A model generated the notes under the pieces. The model was given only the letters and a program-made list of their open reading frames with translations. It was not told the origin of the DNA and ran no database searches. A stretch of 64,000 nt of DNA from a virus: the IMG/VR virus record IMGVR_UViG_3300025701_000007, positions 11,694-75,693 of that record, one strand, 5' to 3'. Made by a program: the position numbers and the translations under genes. Of this stretch, positions 10,193 to 21,886 are shown piece by piece. Position 1 is the first letter of the stretch. The number at the start of each line of letters is the position of its first letter.

Positions 10193-12604
10193 ATGATAAT
10201 AAAAAAGAGAAATGGGAGTGAGGTTTCATTTAACCCAACAAAAATTCTATCCAGAATAAAAAAAGCTACTAAAGGTTTAAAGGTTAACTCTGATGAGATA
10301 TTCATAAAGGGTATAACCTCACTACCTAATGAAGGTACTGTTACCACTAGCGAGATTGATAAATTATTAGCTGAAATATGTGCGTCATATACTGGTAGTC
10401 ACTATGATTATAGCAGAATGGCGGCCAATATAGCTATATCTTCTTATCATAAAGAAAGTAACCCTTCGTTCTCAGAAACAATGAAGTTACTTCACGAAGA
10501 CGGTGTTATAAACAAATATTTTATGGATACTCTAGATGAGTATGGTCATGAAAAGGTTGATGCTATAATAGATCACGACAGAGATTTCAGGTTCGATTAT
10601 TTTGCGTGGAGATCTTTAAGTGAGATGTACTTAACTAAAACTTCAAACGGGGTTAGGGTAGAAAGACCTCAACACATGTATATGCGTGTAGCTATATGGG
10701 TTACTAAGTCTTTTGAGGAAGCTGTAGAATACTACGAATCTCTATCAAAACAATTAATATCACCAGCCACACCTATTATGATTAACTCGGGTACTAAAAT
10801 ACCTCAGTTAGCTTCTTGTGTATTACACTACAACAATGAAGACTCTAGAGAAGGTCTATTAGGTACCTTAAGAGATGTATCCGTATACTCTGCTGATGCT
10901 GCTGGTATCGGGTTATGTATGTCTAACATAAGAAGTAAAGAAAGTAGAATAAGTAGTTCAGGTGGTTTCTCTGGAGGTTTGCTGAAATACCTAAAGATAG
11001 TCAACGAATCACTTAGATTCTTTAACCAACAAGGTCGTAGACCAGGTAGTGCTGCTATATACATAGAACCATGGCATAAAGACATCGTTGATCTATTAGA
11101 TATTAAAAAGAATACTGGTGCAGAGGAATTAAGAGCCAGAGATTTATTCACATCATTATGGATACCAGACAACTTCATGGAAGCAGTACAAAACGATTCC
11201 GATTGGCACCTATTCTGTCCTAACGATATTAAGAAAGCTGGTATTAAACCACTACAAGAATGTTTCGGTCAGGAATATGAAGATAACTACAATAAAGCTG
11301 TTGATTTAGGTATCGGTAAAAAGGTTAAAGCTCAAGACATCTGGAGTAAAGTCATAGAATCTCAAGTAGAAACTGGTGTACCTTATCTATGTTCAAAAGA
11401 CAACGCTAACAAGAAGACTAATCACCAGAACCTAGGTGTTATAAAGCAATCTAACCTATGTAATGAAATATATCAATACACAGATGAAGAAACCACAGCG
11501 ATATGTACACTATCATCAATAGTTATTAAGAATTACGTGTCTAACAAGAGTTTTGATTTCGAGTTATTAAAAACCGAGGTAAGAAAAATAGTTAGAGCGT
11601 TAAATAAGGTTATTGATATAAATGCTTACTCAACAGAGAAAGGTAGAAAAGGTGGGTTAGAACAAAGAGCCATCGCCATAGGTGTACAAGGTTTAGCTGA
11701 TACATTCTTTTTAATGGATTACATCTTCACATCAGAAGAAGCTAAAGAATTAAACAAACGTATATTCGAAACTATATACTTCGCTGCGATAACAGAGAGT
11801 AATGAGTTATGTAAAAGCGGTGAATATGAACCTTACTCTAGATTTGAGGGTTCACCTATGTCTAAGTCTGTATTCCAATTTGATATGTGGGGTGTTGATC
11901 AAAACGATTTAATGTGGGACTGGTCAGAACTTAAAGAGTCTGTTAGAGAACATGGTGTATCTAATAGTTTATTTACAGCACAAATGCCAGTAGCATCATC
12001 TGCTAAGATAACTGGTTCTTACGAGATGACAGAAGTTATATCATCTAACCTATTCAACAGAAGAGTTGTTGGTGGTGAATTTTTGATCGCTAACAAGTAT
12101 CTAATAGAAGACCTAGAAGATTTAAATATTTGGTCAGAAGAATTTAAGAATGATATCATTATGAATGAAGGTTCTATACAAGGAATTAATTTCAATAAAT
12201 ACTTAAATCCTAATAAAAGAGGTTACGAAAAGAAAGTAGCTAGAGTGGAGCATTTAATACTTAAATACAAAACTATATGGGAGGTTTCCCAAAAAGAGTT
12301 GATAAATATGGCTGCCGATAGAGCACCATTCATAGACCAGTCACAATCAATGAATGTTTATTTCCAAAACCCTAGCATACAAAAACTATCCTCTAGTCAT
12401 TTCCATGCGTGGAAAATGGGGTTAAAATCTCTTTGCTACTACGTTAGAACAAAAGCTATATCCACTGGGGCTAAACACTTAGCTATAAGTGTGGAAAACA
12501 ACGAAGTGAAAGCCGTAGAGAACAAACCTATGGAACCTAAATTAACCGAAATGTCTGGAACTCAAGACAACAGTGATTTCGAATGCTTCGGGTGTAGCTC
12601 TTAA
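10193..12604 (+). CDS. nrdA: Class Ia ribonucleotide reductase, large subunit with ATP cone
   Basis: IKKRNG ATP cone, LASC, SNLCNE, ICTL, YY pair and C-terminal CFGCSS; no intein seen. Confidence 0.95.
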   Translation: MIIKKRNGSEVSFNPTKILSRIKKATKGLKVNSDEIFIKGITSLPNEGTVTTSEIDKLLAEICASYTGSHYDYSRMAANIAISSYHKESNPSFSETMKLLHEDGVINKYFMDTLDEYGHEKVDAIIDHDRDFRFDYFAWRSLSEMYLTKTSNGVRVERPQHMYMRVAIWVTKSFEEAVEYYESLSKQLISPATPIMINSGTKIPQLASCVLHYNNEDSREGLLGTLRDVSVYSADAAGIGLCMSNIRSKESRISSSGGFSGGLLKYLKIVNESLRFFNQQGRRPGSAAIYIEPWHKDIVDLLDIKKNTGAEELRARDLFTSLWIPDNFMEAVQNDSDWHLFCPNDIKKAGIKPLQECFGQEYEDNYNKAVDLGIGKKVKAQDIWSKVIESQVETGVPYLCSKDNANKKTNHQNLGVIKQSNLCNEIYQYTDEETTAICTLSSIVIKNYVSNKSFDFELLKTEVRKIVRALNKVIDINAYSTEKGRKGGLEQRAIAIGVQGLADTFFLMDYIFTSEEAKELNKRIFETIYFAAITESNELCKSGEYEPYSRFEGSPMSKSVFQFDMWGVDQNDLMWDWSELKESVREHGVSNSLFTAQMPVASSAKITGSYEMTEVISSNLFNRRVVGGEFLIANKYLIEDLEDLNIWSEEFKNDIIMNEGSIQGINFNKYLNPNKRGYEKKVARVEHLILKYKTIWEVSQKELINMAADRAPFIDQSQSMNVYFQNPSIQKLSSSHFHAWKMGLKSLCYYVRTKAISTGAKHLAISVENNEVKAVENKPMEPKLTEMSGTQDNSDFECFGCSS

Positions 12605-12626
12605 AGTCTACTACAACAACTAAACT

Positions 12627-12666
12627 AAATCCCATCATTATTGATATAATGATGGGATTTTTATTT
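12627..12666 (+). terminator. Rho-independent terminator
   Basis: Perfect 15-bp stem AAATCCCATCATTAT/ATAATGATGGGATTT with a 4-nt loop and T-rich tail. Confidence 0.85.
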
Positions 12667-12687
12667 ACAAAAAATATTTTATTACGA

Positions 12688-12695
12688 TATTTATA
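12688..12695 (+). promoter_or_regulatory. Putative late promoter motif TATTTATA
   Basis: Between the terminator and the start of the baseplate operon (ATG 12707). Confidence 0.65.
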
Positions 12696-12706
12696 ATAAA
12701 ATATTT

Positions 12707-13123
12707 ATGGCCTTAAAGAAACAAACATTTGGAATTGACTTCCCTTTCACTTTCTCGGAAAACGGAGACTACCTTAGATTGACATCTGTACCAGAATCTG
12801 AAGTTAAAGCTATGTTGATACATTTGTTGTTAACTAGAAAGGGTACCAGGTATTATCTACCAGACTTTGGTACGAATATATACCAATACATATTTGAACC
12901 TTTAGATGATATAACTATAGGTAAAATCGAATCAGAGATAAGTGATGCGGTTGAGAAATATATACCTAACTTAAAATTAAATAACGTTATAATCTCTAGA
13001 GTTGGTGACGACCCAAAACACCTTAACGATACCGAAAAAGAGCATCAGGTTAGGATAAATCTAGATTATACTATAACAACTAAAACATTCCAATCAAACG
13101 GATCTTTAGCAATAACTATATAA
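12707..13123 (+). CDS. Baseplate wedge / sheath initiator, T4 gp25-like (GPW_gp25)
   Basis: GIDFPF and LLLTRKGTRYYLPDFGT..YIFEP motifs. Confidence 0.9.
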   Translation: MALKKQTFGIDFPFTFSENGDYLRLTSVPESEVKAMLIHLLLTRKGTRYYLPDFGTNIYQYIFEPLDDITIGKIESEISDAVEKYIPNLKLNNVIISRVGDDPKHLNDTEKEHQVRINLDYTITTKTFQSNGSLAITI

Positions 13124-13127
13124 CAAA

Positions 13128-14948
13128 ATGGCAAGACAAATAAATTACAGTAAAAGAGATTTTGCATCATTAAAAAATGAGCAAATAAATTATATAAAAC
13201 AGTACTACCCAGAAGTTGCACAAAACTTTAATGATGCATCGATACTATCGGTATTTTTAGATTTAAATGCGGCTATAGCGGATAACTTAAACTTCCAAAT
13301 AGATAGAGCACTACAGGAGACGGTACTGGATTATGCTCAAGAGAGACAATCATTATATAATATAGCGAAAACTTATGGGTTAAAACTACCAACAAAATCA
13401 GCTTCTGTAGGTGTAGTTGAGTTTAGTGCTCAGGTACCAGTATATGGTGACCAAGAAGATACTAGATACCTACCTATAGTTAGATCTGGTACTCAGGTAA
13501 CAAATGGTACTAATACTTACGAAGTTTTATATGATATAGACTTTAACTCAGCTGTTAATAGTTCAGGTAAATCTGATAGAACAAAATTACCTATATTTAC
13601 TAACGGTAAATTAACTGGTTATACCATAACCAAGACTGGGTTGATCGTGGCAGGTGTAACTAAAACATTTACTCAAGTATTTGCTAAAAGTAACCCTTTT
13701 CAAATGATAACCCTACCAGAAAACAATGTATTATCAGTAGATTCTGTTATACATAAAACTGGTACTAGCTATACAGCGATACCAACATTAAACGAATTTA
13801 ATAACAGTCCAAACAAGTGGTATGAAGTACCATCGTTGGCCGAAGATAATGTGTTTGTAGAAGACCCAAATTCACCAAGAATAGACGGTATAGCGAAAGG
13901 TATTTATGAAAAAATAGATCAAAGGTATATAGTAGAATACACACCTAATGGTTTCTGTCAACTAACATTTGGGTCACAAACCGATTCATCTATGGATATT
14001 CTAGATGATTTCATGGATTCTGGTGGTTTTGATTTAAAAAGTTTCTTAAGAAACGGCAGTTTAGGTATGGCACCTATAGCCAATACAACTATGTATATAA
14101 AATATAGAATAGGTGGTGGTGTTGATTCAAATGCTGGTACAGGAACTATAACAGAAATATCTAGACCCATAATTGATATATCTGGACCAGACCAGACAAT
14201 AGTTAATAGCGTTATAGCGAGTATGGAAGTGACTAACACTACGCCAGCCCTAGGTGGTTCAGACGAACCTAGTATAGAAGAATTAAGACAATATATTGCT
14301 TATAACTTCTCAGCTCAAAATAGAGCTGTAACACTTAACGACTACAAAGCGTTAATTATGTCTATGCCTAGTACATTCGGGACTCCAGCTAAAACTAGTA
14401 TAACACAAAGATCTAATAAAATAGAGATAGGTGTATTAAGTTACGATAACGACGGAAATATATCGAATTCGGTTACATCACTTTTGATGGAAAATGTGGC
14501 TGCATACTTATCCAAGTACAGAATGATAAATGATTACGTAATAGTTAAACCAGCAGAAATAATTAATATAGGTTTTGAGATATCCGTTATAGTGGAAACT
14601 GGTCAGAATACTCAAGTATCTAGTAGGATAAGTAATTTAGTTAACTCTGAATTTACTAACGACAAAACAAATCTGGGTAAACACTACAGCGTAGGTAGTC
14701 TAGCTAGTAAGATAACACAGGTAGACGGTGTTATTAACGTTAACTATATAAAAGTATTCAACAAAACGGGTGCTGGATACTCAAGTAACAGAACTAAACA
14801 AAGATTAAGTGATGTTAGTACGGGTGAAATAGATATATCAGGTAACGTAGTCCTGGTAGAGGAACACCAAATGTTAAGTATTAAAAACCCAGACGTTGAC
14901 ATTAAGACTGTGACGTTAACAACCAACATAATAAATCAAAATGGATAG
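13128..14948 (+). CDS. Baseplate wedge protein, T4 gp6 / baseplate J-like
   Basis: INYSKRDF, LDYAQER, IVRSGTQV and GGSDEPSIEELR...QNRAVTLNDY motifs. Confidence 0.9.
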   Translation: MARQINYSKRDFASLKNEQINYIKQYYPEVAQNFNDASILSVFLDLNAAIADNLNFQIDRALQETVLDYAQERQSLYNIAKTYGLKLPTKSASVGVVEFSAQVPVYGDQEDTRYLPIVRSGTQVTNGTNTYEVLYDIDFNSAVNSSGKSDRTKLPIFTNGKLTGYTITKTGLIVAGVTKTFTQVFAKSNPFQMITLPENNVLSVDSVIHKTGTSYTAIPTLNEFNNSPNKWYEVPSLAEDNVFVEDPNSPRIDGIAKGIYEKIDQRYIVEYTPNGFCQLTFGSQTDSSMDILDDFMDSGGFDLKSFLRNGSLGMAPIANTTMYIKYRIGGGVDSNAGTGTITEISRPIIDISGPDQTIVNSVIASMEVTNTTPALGGSDEPSIEELRQYIAYNFSAQNRAVTLNDYKALIMSMPSTFGTPAKTSITQRSNKIEIGVLSYDNDGNISNSVTSLLMENVAAYLSKYRMINDYVIVKPAEIINIGFEISVIVETGQNTQVSSRISNLVNSEFTNDKTNLGKHYSVGSLASKITQVDGVINVNYIKVFNKTGAGYSSNRTKQRLSDVSTGEIDISGNVVLVEEHQMLSIKNPDVDIKTVTLTTNIINQNG

Positions 14949-17154
14949 AAATATTAGGATAGTTTTAAATGAAGAAGGTGGAAATGAAAGGGTATTAATT
15001 AATTTAGAAGAAGAATTCGATAATTTAGAAATCTTAAGTCTAAAGATTAGTAGTGACGATGTGTACGCCAGATCATCTTCAGACTTCGGAACCATAGTAG
15101 GTAGAGTACAAACCTCAAACGGTTACGGTCTAGAGAACGCTAAAGTCTCTATATTCGTACCAATAGAAGTGGGTGACAAAGAAAGACCTGAGATAACGGA
15201 GTTATATCCATTTGAAACGATAAATGATCAATTCCCTAACGGGGTTAGATATAATTTATTACCTAGAGTAAGAAACCAAAACCCTAGCCACAGAGCAGTA
15301 GGTAATCTACCGACTATCAACGATTTAACACATTACCCTCAGTATTTAGAGATAATGGAGAAATATTACAAGTATACTGTAACAACCAATAAATCTGGTG
15401 ATTACATGATATTTGGTGTACCAGTAGGCTCACATAATATTATAATGGACTTTGATATATTCGATACTAATAGTATGGAAGTTACGGCAAACGATTTAGT
15501 TGACAACCAATCAGAATATCAAAATATTAAAAACTTATCTGAAGCTGTAAACGCTGAAGATGATAACAACCCAAACAAAGTACCTAACTTTATATACACT
15601 GGTAACGATACTTTCAATGTAGAAGTTAAAACGGATATAAACTCGATGCCTAATATATTTAACGAGGTTAAACAAGTTACAGTTTCACCTTTTTGGGGTG
15701 ACGATGAAGAACATGATGTAGGTATAACTAGATGTGACTTTAAAGTTGATTATGATTATACACCCACAGCTATATTTTTCGGTTGGTTAGGGTCACCTTC
15801 AGCAGGTTATAAAGTTAAACCAGACTACACTATGGGTGGAGACTTAAGTAAACTAGAGGTAGCAGGTTACAACAAAGAATTAGAAAAAAATACTGGGGAG
15901 ATATGGCCACTACAAGAACTTATAGTCGTGGTTTACAAATTAGATGACAACTTAACTCCTGGAAGTAGAGTCAGAGTGGGTGCTTTTAGGTCAGAAAGAG
16001 GTACAGGTGTTTTTAGAATATCACTACCGATGTACATGGATTACGTAAAAGTAAACCAGTTTGGTGACATGGTACCTACCGACGATAAAGAAAATAGTAT
16101 ACCCACAAAAGGGTATTACGCATTCGAGATGTTTGAACAAAACGAAGCCTGGAATGATAGAGTACCATGGGGTAGTTATAACCACTCTAAAGTACCTGGT
16201 ATAAGAGTACCTTCGTCAACAAAAGGCGAAGTATTAACAGGTGGATGGGAAGGCACCAACTCGGGTTTATTTGAGTATGACATAGTGAACAGAATTAGAA
16301 AATTCTACACTATAAAAAGTAAATACAATAGACATTTAAACACTAACATGAGCCAACCTGGTTCCTCCATAAACTTTTTTCCAGAAGAAAATGAAAATCT
16401 AGACGTAGCGTGGAACTTCCCTATAAACAGAAGTCAAGTCGACAAAATTGACACAGAAATCTCTGTGTTAGGTTCAGCTATTATACCTAGATACGAAATG
16501 TCCGCAAATGTGGACCCAAATAAGATAAGTAATGATGATTACGACCCAAACGTATCATCTCCAGAAAATATAATAAATTTAATAACGGTACCACCTGAGA
16601 TATCATACGGTAGAGTTAAGAGTTATGAGTATCATAAAGGTATTGGTGTAAGGTTAGACGGTAAAAATAGTGGAGAGATTTATTCTGAGATATTCAGACC
16701 AGATCAATTCATTAGCTGGGATCAACCATTTAAAAATTGGTACGGGGATAATAATACCTTTAATTATGGTGATAACGGACCCGCTATACCCACTTTATTC
16801 GCAATAGAGTTAGCTAAAAACGAAGATTCTACTGATAGAAATAAAATACATAGACCCTTTAACCAAGCGTATAGTAAGAGATACAGTTTAGGTCCTTTTT
16901 TATCGTCAAATGATAACCAAAACAAATTTCCTTTAATAGAATTTGGTATAGAGGATGTTACTGAAGATTTAGACGGGTTAATAGGTAATGGTATTTACAC
17001 ATCTTACGGTTTCTATACTGGTAGTATTAAACCTACTGAGTTCGAACCAGAAATATCTAATAGATATAGAGGTAAATACTATTATTTCGGAATGTGGGAC
17101 AGTCTAAATGCTTTAAAATCAATAGAAAAAAATTATTTTACTAAATATGAGTGA
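14941..17154 (+). CDS. Putative baseplate/virion structural protein
   Basis: Coupled to the gp6-like gene; N-terminal beta-sandwich-like segment (GTIVGRV...ENAKVSIF...TNKSGDYMIFGVPVG). Confidence 0.6.
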   Translation: MDRNIRIVLNEEGGNERVLINLEEEFDNLEILSLKISSDDVYARSSSDFGTIVGRVQTSNGYGLENAKVSIFVPIEVGDKERPEITELYPFETINDQFPNGVRYNLLPRVRNQNPSHRAVGNLPTINDLTHYPQYLEIMEKYYKYTVTTNKSGDYMIFGVPVGSHNIIMDFDIFDTNSMEVTANDLVDNQSEYQNIKNLSEAVNAEDDNNPNKVPNFIYTGNDTFNVEVKTDINSMPNIFNEVKQVTVSPFWGDDEEHDVGITRCDFKVDYDYTPTAIFFGWLGSPSAGYKVKPDYTMGGDLSKLEVAGYNKELEKNTGEIWPLQELIVVVYKLDDNLTPGSRVRVGAFRSERGTGVFRISLPMYMDYVKVNQFGDMVPTDDKENSIPTKGYYAFEMFEQNEAWNDRVPWGSYNHSKVPGIRVPSSTKGEVLTGGWEGTNSGLFEYDIVNRIRKFYTIKSKYNRHLNTNMSQPGSSINFFPEENENLDVAWNFPINRSQVDKIDTEISVLGSAIIPRYEMSANVDPNKISNDDYDPNVSSPENIINLITVPPEISYGRVKSYEYHKGIGVRLDGKNSGEIYSEIFRPDQFISWDQPFKNWYGDNNTFNYGDNGPAIPTLFAIELAKNEDSTDRNKIHRPFNQAYSKRYSLGPFLSSNDNQNKFPLIEFGIEDVTEDLDGLIGNGIYTSYGFYTGSIKPTEFEPEISNRYRGKYYYFGMWDSLNALKSIEKNYFTKYE

Positions 17155-18844
17155 TATTATAGAGATATTGGGTGAGAATAAATTTGTTGGTGGTGAAAAC
17201 CAGAGTCTTAAAAGTAGAATAATACTAGAAGAACCATCTAAAATAAAAAACGAATATAATTTATTTAATAGCGTTTCGGAGTACAACCAGTTTATAACCG
17301 AAAAGCAAGAAAATGACGTTTATAAGGTTTATGGTACTATAACCCCATCAATAATGAAAGACGCATTTTTCCGTAACGTAAAATTAAATATAGATACCAA
17401 TCCACTAGATTTTAATAAGGAGAACTGGTCCTTAGTTATGTGTAAACCAGTTAAATATTCCAATACGGAAAAGGGTAAAAAGGTATTTAATATAAGGTAT
17501 AATGATATAATCACTAAACAAGATGAGTTTTTTGATCTGGATTTATCTAATGGGTTACCAGCATCACTATCATCACTATCACCATTTCAAGCAAGAAATA
17601 GTCGTAAGTCAACGGTTAACACAACCCTATACATGAATCTAGGTCACAATTTAAATATAGGTGATCAAATCTATATAAAATCAGAAGACCCTAGAGTACC
17701 AACTGGCTTATGTTTCATTAAAAACATTAATGGTAATCAAATTACCACCGACTTAAACATAAGCGTGACTTCACTCATAGCACCAGAAAAAGCAAATCTT
17801 AAGGCTAATAATGACCTAAAATTTGGTTCTATGATAACACCACCATCCTCATCCCCATCATCATCTAATAGATATACTGGTGTTGTTAGAGGTATACAAA
17901 CAACTGAAAACTCCAGCACTTTAGTAAATCAACTTAAAGCAGAGAGACCTACACCATACTCTTTGATAAACCCTAAAATGGCGGTTTCAAAAGTTATAGA
18001 CAACGAAGTATTAGAATATTACGTAAAACAAGTGGAGGCTATAGAAGTATTGGAAAGTTTTGATGAATGTGCTTTTTCAAAAAACTTATATGGTGACAAA
18101 ATATTTAATTTTTATTTTAATAAAAATTATGATATAACCGATACCTTAGATAATAAGGATGAACCCCTAACAAAGTGTTACGTAGGTATCATAAAAAACG
18201 GTTGTACTGAAGGAAAAGAATTTAGTGAAGTTGAGTCTAATTTTAGTAATTTAATTGAATATACTAATCCAGGTGAAGGCATCAAAACTATCGCCAATAC
18301 GTCAACAACTACCGTAAGTAACAAACCTAAAGTAGGCGATACCTATGATATAGGTATTTTCGAATACTCTAAAGAAAATCTAACAGAAGAACCTGTTAGT
18401 CACATAGAACATAATTTTCTACTAAGTAATACGATATTCAAATACAAACCTTTCACAGAGATAACTCTAAAGAACATGTCTAGTTACCTAGAGGACTCAG
18501 AATCTAATAACTTTATACCAACATACGCTAAATACAGTAAAAATAGAGATAAATATATATGGAGAGATGTGATAGATATAGGGGTTTCAGATGAAGATGG
18601 TACTATACTAGATTTCCCGTTTTTAAACGGTTGTAGGTATAGTTATACTAGGTTACCCTTTAACGTACTAATCGAAAAAAACAAGGTTAAAAAATACAAA
18701 CTAAATGTAAACGACATAAGCAACATAGATTCGGTAAATTCTATTGATGATTACGTAAGAAGTATTACAGAAGATTTATTTGGTGATAACCAGAATGATA
18801 ATAAAGACAAACCTTACCAACCATACACCAACGAACAATGCTAA
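17147..18844 (+). CDS. Putative virion structural protein
   Basis: ORF track; overlaps both neighbours in the baseplate operon. Confidence 0.6.
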   Translation: MSDIIEILGENKFVGGENQSLKSRIILEEPSKIKNEYNLFNSVSEYNQFITEKQENDVYKVYGTITPSIMKDAFFRNVKLNIDTNPLDFNKENWSLVMCKPVKYSNTEKGKKVFNIRYNDIITKQDEFFDLDLSNGLPASLSSLSPFQARNSRKSTVNTTLYMNLGHNLNIGDQIYIKSEDPRVPTGLCFIKNINGNQITTDLNISVTSLIAPEKANLKANNDLKFGSMITPPSSSPSSSNRYTGVVRGIQTTENSSTLVNQLKAERPTPYSLINPKMAVSKVIDNEVLEYYVKQVEAIEVLESFDECAFSKNLYGDKIFNFYFNKNYDITDTLDNKDEPLTKCYVGIIKNGCTEGKEFSEVESNFSNLIEYTNPGEGIKTIANTSTTTVSNKPKVGDTYDIGIFEYSKENLTEEPVSHIEHNFLLSNTIFKYKPFTEITLKNMSSYLEDSESNNFIPTYAKYSKNRDKYIWRDVIDIGVSDEDGTILDFPFLNGCRYSYTRLPFNVLIEKNKVKKYKLNVNDISNIDSVNSIDDYVRSITEDLFGDNQNDNKDKPYQPYTNEQC

Positions 18845-21042
18845 AGAAAAAGTTTACAGAAGGTAGAACACTATCTAGCAACATATTTCTAAATAATGAG
18901 GATCACACTTCAGATAGAGATTTCGCCTTTCAGAATACATTAGATTTTGAAACTTTGGTGAACATAAACCCTATAATAGATCTAGAAAGTGTTGAATATT
19001 TACCAGAAACCCAAAACATAGAAATAGATTTATTCTTTCTTAAGTATTTAACTAATGAAGATATTTCTGAAATATCACTTTTTATCGAACCTGATTTTGG
19101 TGATTACACCAGTAATTACGTATCATTTAATCAACCTAAAAGTGAGTTATTCGAAATTACGACAGCGGATGGACTAATAAAACCATTATTAAATAATGAA
19201 GTTAGTTTATCACCCACAGAAATAAGTAGCCTTAAACCTCAGAAATTATTAAACGTTTTATCTGAGATAAATAAAGACTATCCTACCAAAGAAGGGTACC
19301 CCCATTTTTACAATTCATTCACCCTACCATTTTGGGATAAAAAAGATGAATGGGTAAACGCTAACTTCGGTTTTAACAACAAACTATATACATACAACTC
19401 TTTTTTATTAATCGAGATTTATGATGACTTTAATATAGAGACACAAAGGTTAATAACAACTATACCCGTATATGTTTCTGATAGATACATGTATAATGAG
19501 AATCCGAGTATAGATAGTATAAGTAAACAGAAAAGACCAGTATTCAATATAAGTGAAGGTGTAGATGGTTTCTCATTCTTTTTTCTAAAAGAGTATCAAA
19601 CTAGTGAATTTTACGCTAAGTTTTATTTTTGGGACGCCTTAAATGGTAAGAAGATACAATTCGTACCATCCTCTAAAGATAACCTACCTAAAAAATGGTT
19701 ACAGTCAACTAAGGATTTTGATCAAAAGGATTTATATTTAAAATATGTTATAGATTACGAAAAAAGGAGTTATAAAATATATGACTTAAATAAAAATACG
19801 GGTTTTTTTAATATAGATAGCACTAAGCACATAGATTTATACGAACTGGGTTATGATGATTATTGGGTTAAACATCAAATAAATAATGAGCAACCCACAA
19901 ATTTATCAACACCAACTGAAAACAGGGAGTACGGTGATTTACGTTTATCTGAGTTGGAAATAAGTAATTCAATAGTATATAACGGTGTTAAAATAAAGGC
20001 GCAGGATTTAAAAAAAGGAATTAACCAATTATACCCCGAAGAGTACTCAAGAGAATTAACATCCAATTATTATATTAACCAAGAAGGTTATCAAACCAAC
20101 TCTTCATTTAACGCCATATCTAGAATATGGAATTACAGTATTCAAGGTGGTGCGAATGGTTATTTTAAAAAGATAGCTAATACCTACTTAGGAACCAAAA
20201 CTATAAGTTTGTTAAATACAGAAAACAATTACTGTGTTAATACCGATATAGAATCACATAAATTTACGTTAGGTTCTTTACTAATACGAAACACTAGTGG
20301 TATAAATACTTATGTTATAAGTGATATTAATGTGTCTGACTTAACTATAGCATCTAACGAAAAAGAAATAGATTTAAGTATAAACGGTCAATTAACACAC
20401 AAAACAAAATTGTCGATAAATAGCGAACCCTCTGTGTACAACGAGAATACTATTTTACCAAAGTTTAATCTTGGATCAGATTTTGAAGAATCCATATCAA
20501 CCAGTAATCTTATGGAGAAATTAGGTTCAGCATATAACAAATTCTTGGAAGACAATCAAACTATAGAGACTGAAGTTTACGACTACTCCCCATCGGAAAT
20601 ACAAAACACCAAAATTTACGATGTGATTAAACCAGAAATTAAAGTTAAAGTTCTGGCCAGCGATATAATAAATGAGTTTAATAGATCTTTCACCCCACCA
20701 GAAAGTTCATCCGAATCCACCCCCACCGTACAAGACTACGATTTAATTAAAAACGTCACTAGTGGTGAAGATGTGGTTAGTTTACTAAAAACAGATCCTA
20801 AGTTAATTAAAAATGAAGGTATAACTCTTTTAGTGGAGTCATTAGATAGTAAAATAGATACCAACGAAGAAATCATAATAACCACTGAATTATTTTTAGG
20901 TTCTGGTTTTATAAAAAGATTTGGTTTAATGGATAGTTTAAAGATGGTTGGTATCATCAATATCAATTTATATGATAATAATGAAGGTATTGACTCAGAA
21001 CATATAACGATAAAAATACCTATTAAAGTAAATATAGTATAA
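18838..21042 (+). CDS. Putative virion structural protein
   Basis: ORF track; operon context. Confidence 0.55.
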   Translation: MLKKKFTEGRTLSSNIFLNNEDHTSDRDFAFQNTLDFETLVNINPIIDLESVEYLPETQNIEIDLFFLKYLTNEDISEISLFIEPDFGDYTSNYVSFNQPKSELFEITTADGLIKPLLNNEVSLSPTEISSLKPQKLLNVLSEINKDYPTKEGYPHFYNSFTLPFWDKKDEWVNANFGFNNKLYTYNSFLLIEIYDDFNIETQRLITTIPVYVSDRYMYNENPSIDSISKQKRPVFNISEGVDGFSFFFLKEYQTSEFYAKFYFWDALNGKKIQFVPSSKDNLPKKWLQSTKDFDQKDLYLKYVIDYEKRSYKIYDLNKNTGFFNIDSTKHIDLYELGYDDYWVKHQINNEQPTNLSTPTENREYGDLRLSELEISNSIVYNGVKIKAQDLKKGINQLYPEEYSRELTSNYYINQEGYQTNSSFNAISRIWNYSIQGGANGYFKKIANTYLGTKTISLLNTENNYCVNTDIESHKFTLGSLLIRNTSGINTYVISDINVSDLTIASNEKEIDLSINGQLTHKTKLSINSEPSVYNENTILPKFNLGSDFEESISTSNLMEKLGSAYNKFLEDNQTIETEVYDYSPSEIQNTKIYDVIKPEIKVKVLASDIINEFNRSFTPPESSSESTPTVQDYDLIKNVTSGEDVVSLLKTDPKLIKNEGITLLVESLDSKIDTNEEIIITTELFLGSGFIKRFGLMDSLKMVGIININLYDNNEGIDSEHITIKIPIKVNIV

Positions 21043-21884
21043 TGAAGAGTATTAATATAAATAATAGTTTTGAGGGTTATAATGTTGTTATAAATCTAGA
21101 ATCACACATAGATGGTAACGGTACGGTTATAGCACCCTACCAGAACAATCCAGATATAGATCAGATAGAAAATATTATTAACGAAATAGATAGCTTTAAA
21201 GAAATCACTAAACCAGCCAAAAAATATAAAACTAACACTAAAATAATATCCACAAAAGAGGATATTGAGGAACACTTTAAAGAGTCCGAAGAAAAATATT
21301 TTGTAAAAGGGTTTACTGATAGTAAGTTTTCTTTATTAGACCTGTCTTTCCCTATGGAAAGAGCTATAGCTATAGAAAAAGAAACCTCTAATGACCTACC
21401 TAAAACACTGATTAAATCAGTTAACACTTCCACTAACGAAGAAGAGGTTGTTAGCGTAACACCAACTACACCAACAAAAGAAATAAGGTGTGGTAAAAAG
21501 ATAGAAATAAGTGGTACAAACGTTACTGGTATGATACTATCTGAGACTGAAAACTCTGTCACATATGTGTTGTACTTAGATACAGAGAATCCAATACTTT
21601 ATAAAGAAAGTACATCAACGGATATTGACAATAATAATAATATTGCTACATTTAAATATATGAGGAATAATATTGATGACGAAGTAAAACCAGTATTAAA
21701 TTATTATTCTGATACAATAGATGAACCAAAAGTTTTATCCGAAGTATTTATTGATAGAGGTGTTAATAACGCATTCGAACCAATAAAAAAACTTAAAAAT
21801 ATTAAAGATTTAAATGAGTTAACTAAAAGTGGTTTTGGTTATTACAAAATAAACAGAAAAGGATACAATTTTAAAGATAGATAA
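21042..21884 (+). CDS. Putative virion structural protein
   Basis: ORF track; TAATG coupling to the previous gene. Confidence 0.55.
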   Translation: MKSININNSFEGYNVVINLESHIDGNGTVIAPYQNNPDIDQIENIINEIDSFKEITKPAKKYKTNTKIISTKEDIEEHFKESEEKYFVKGFTDSKFSLLDLSFPMERAIAIEKETSNDLPKTLIKSVNTSTNEEEVVSVTPTTPTKEIRCGKKIEISGTNVTGMILSETENSVTYVLYLDTENPILYKESTSTDIDNNNNIATFKYMRNNIDDEVKPVLNYYSDTIDEPKVLSEVFIDRGVNNAFEPIKKLKNIKDLNELTKSGFGYYKINRKGYNFKDR

Positions 21885-21886
21885 TT

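Noticed and set aside
9194-12604. Eukaryote-like RNR suggesting a giant eukaryotic virus
   Set aside because: This RNR subtype also occurs in Bacteroidota; the sigma factor, gp25/gp6 baseplate, peptidoglycan hydrolases and intrinsic terminators indicate a bacteriophage.
5242-12604. Inteins or introns in recA, dnaB or nrdA
   Set aside because: Protein lengths are normal, with no splicing motifs or homing-endonuclease signatures.
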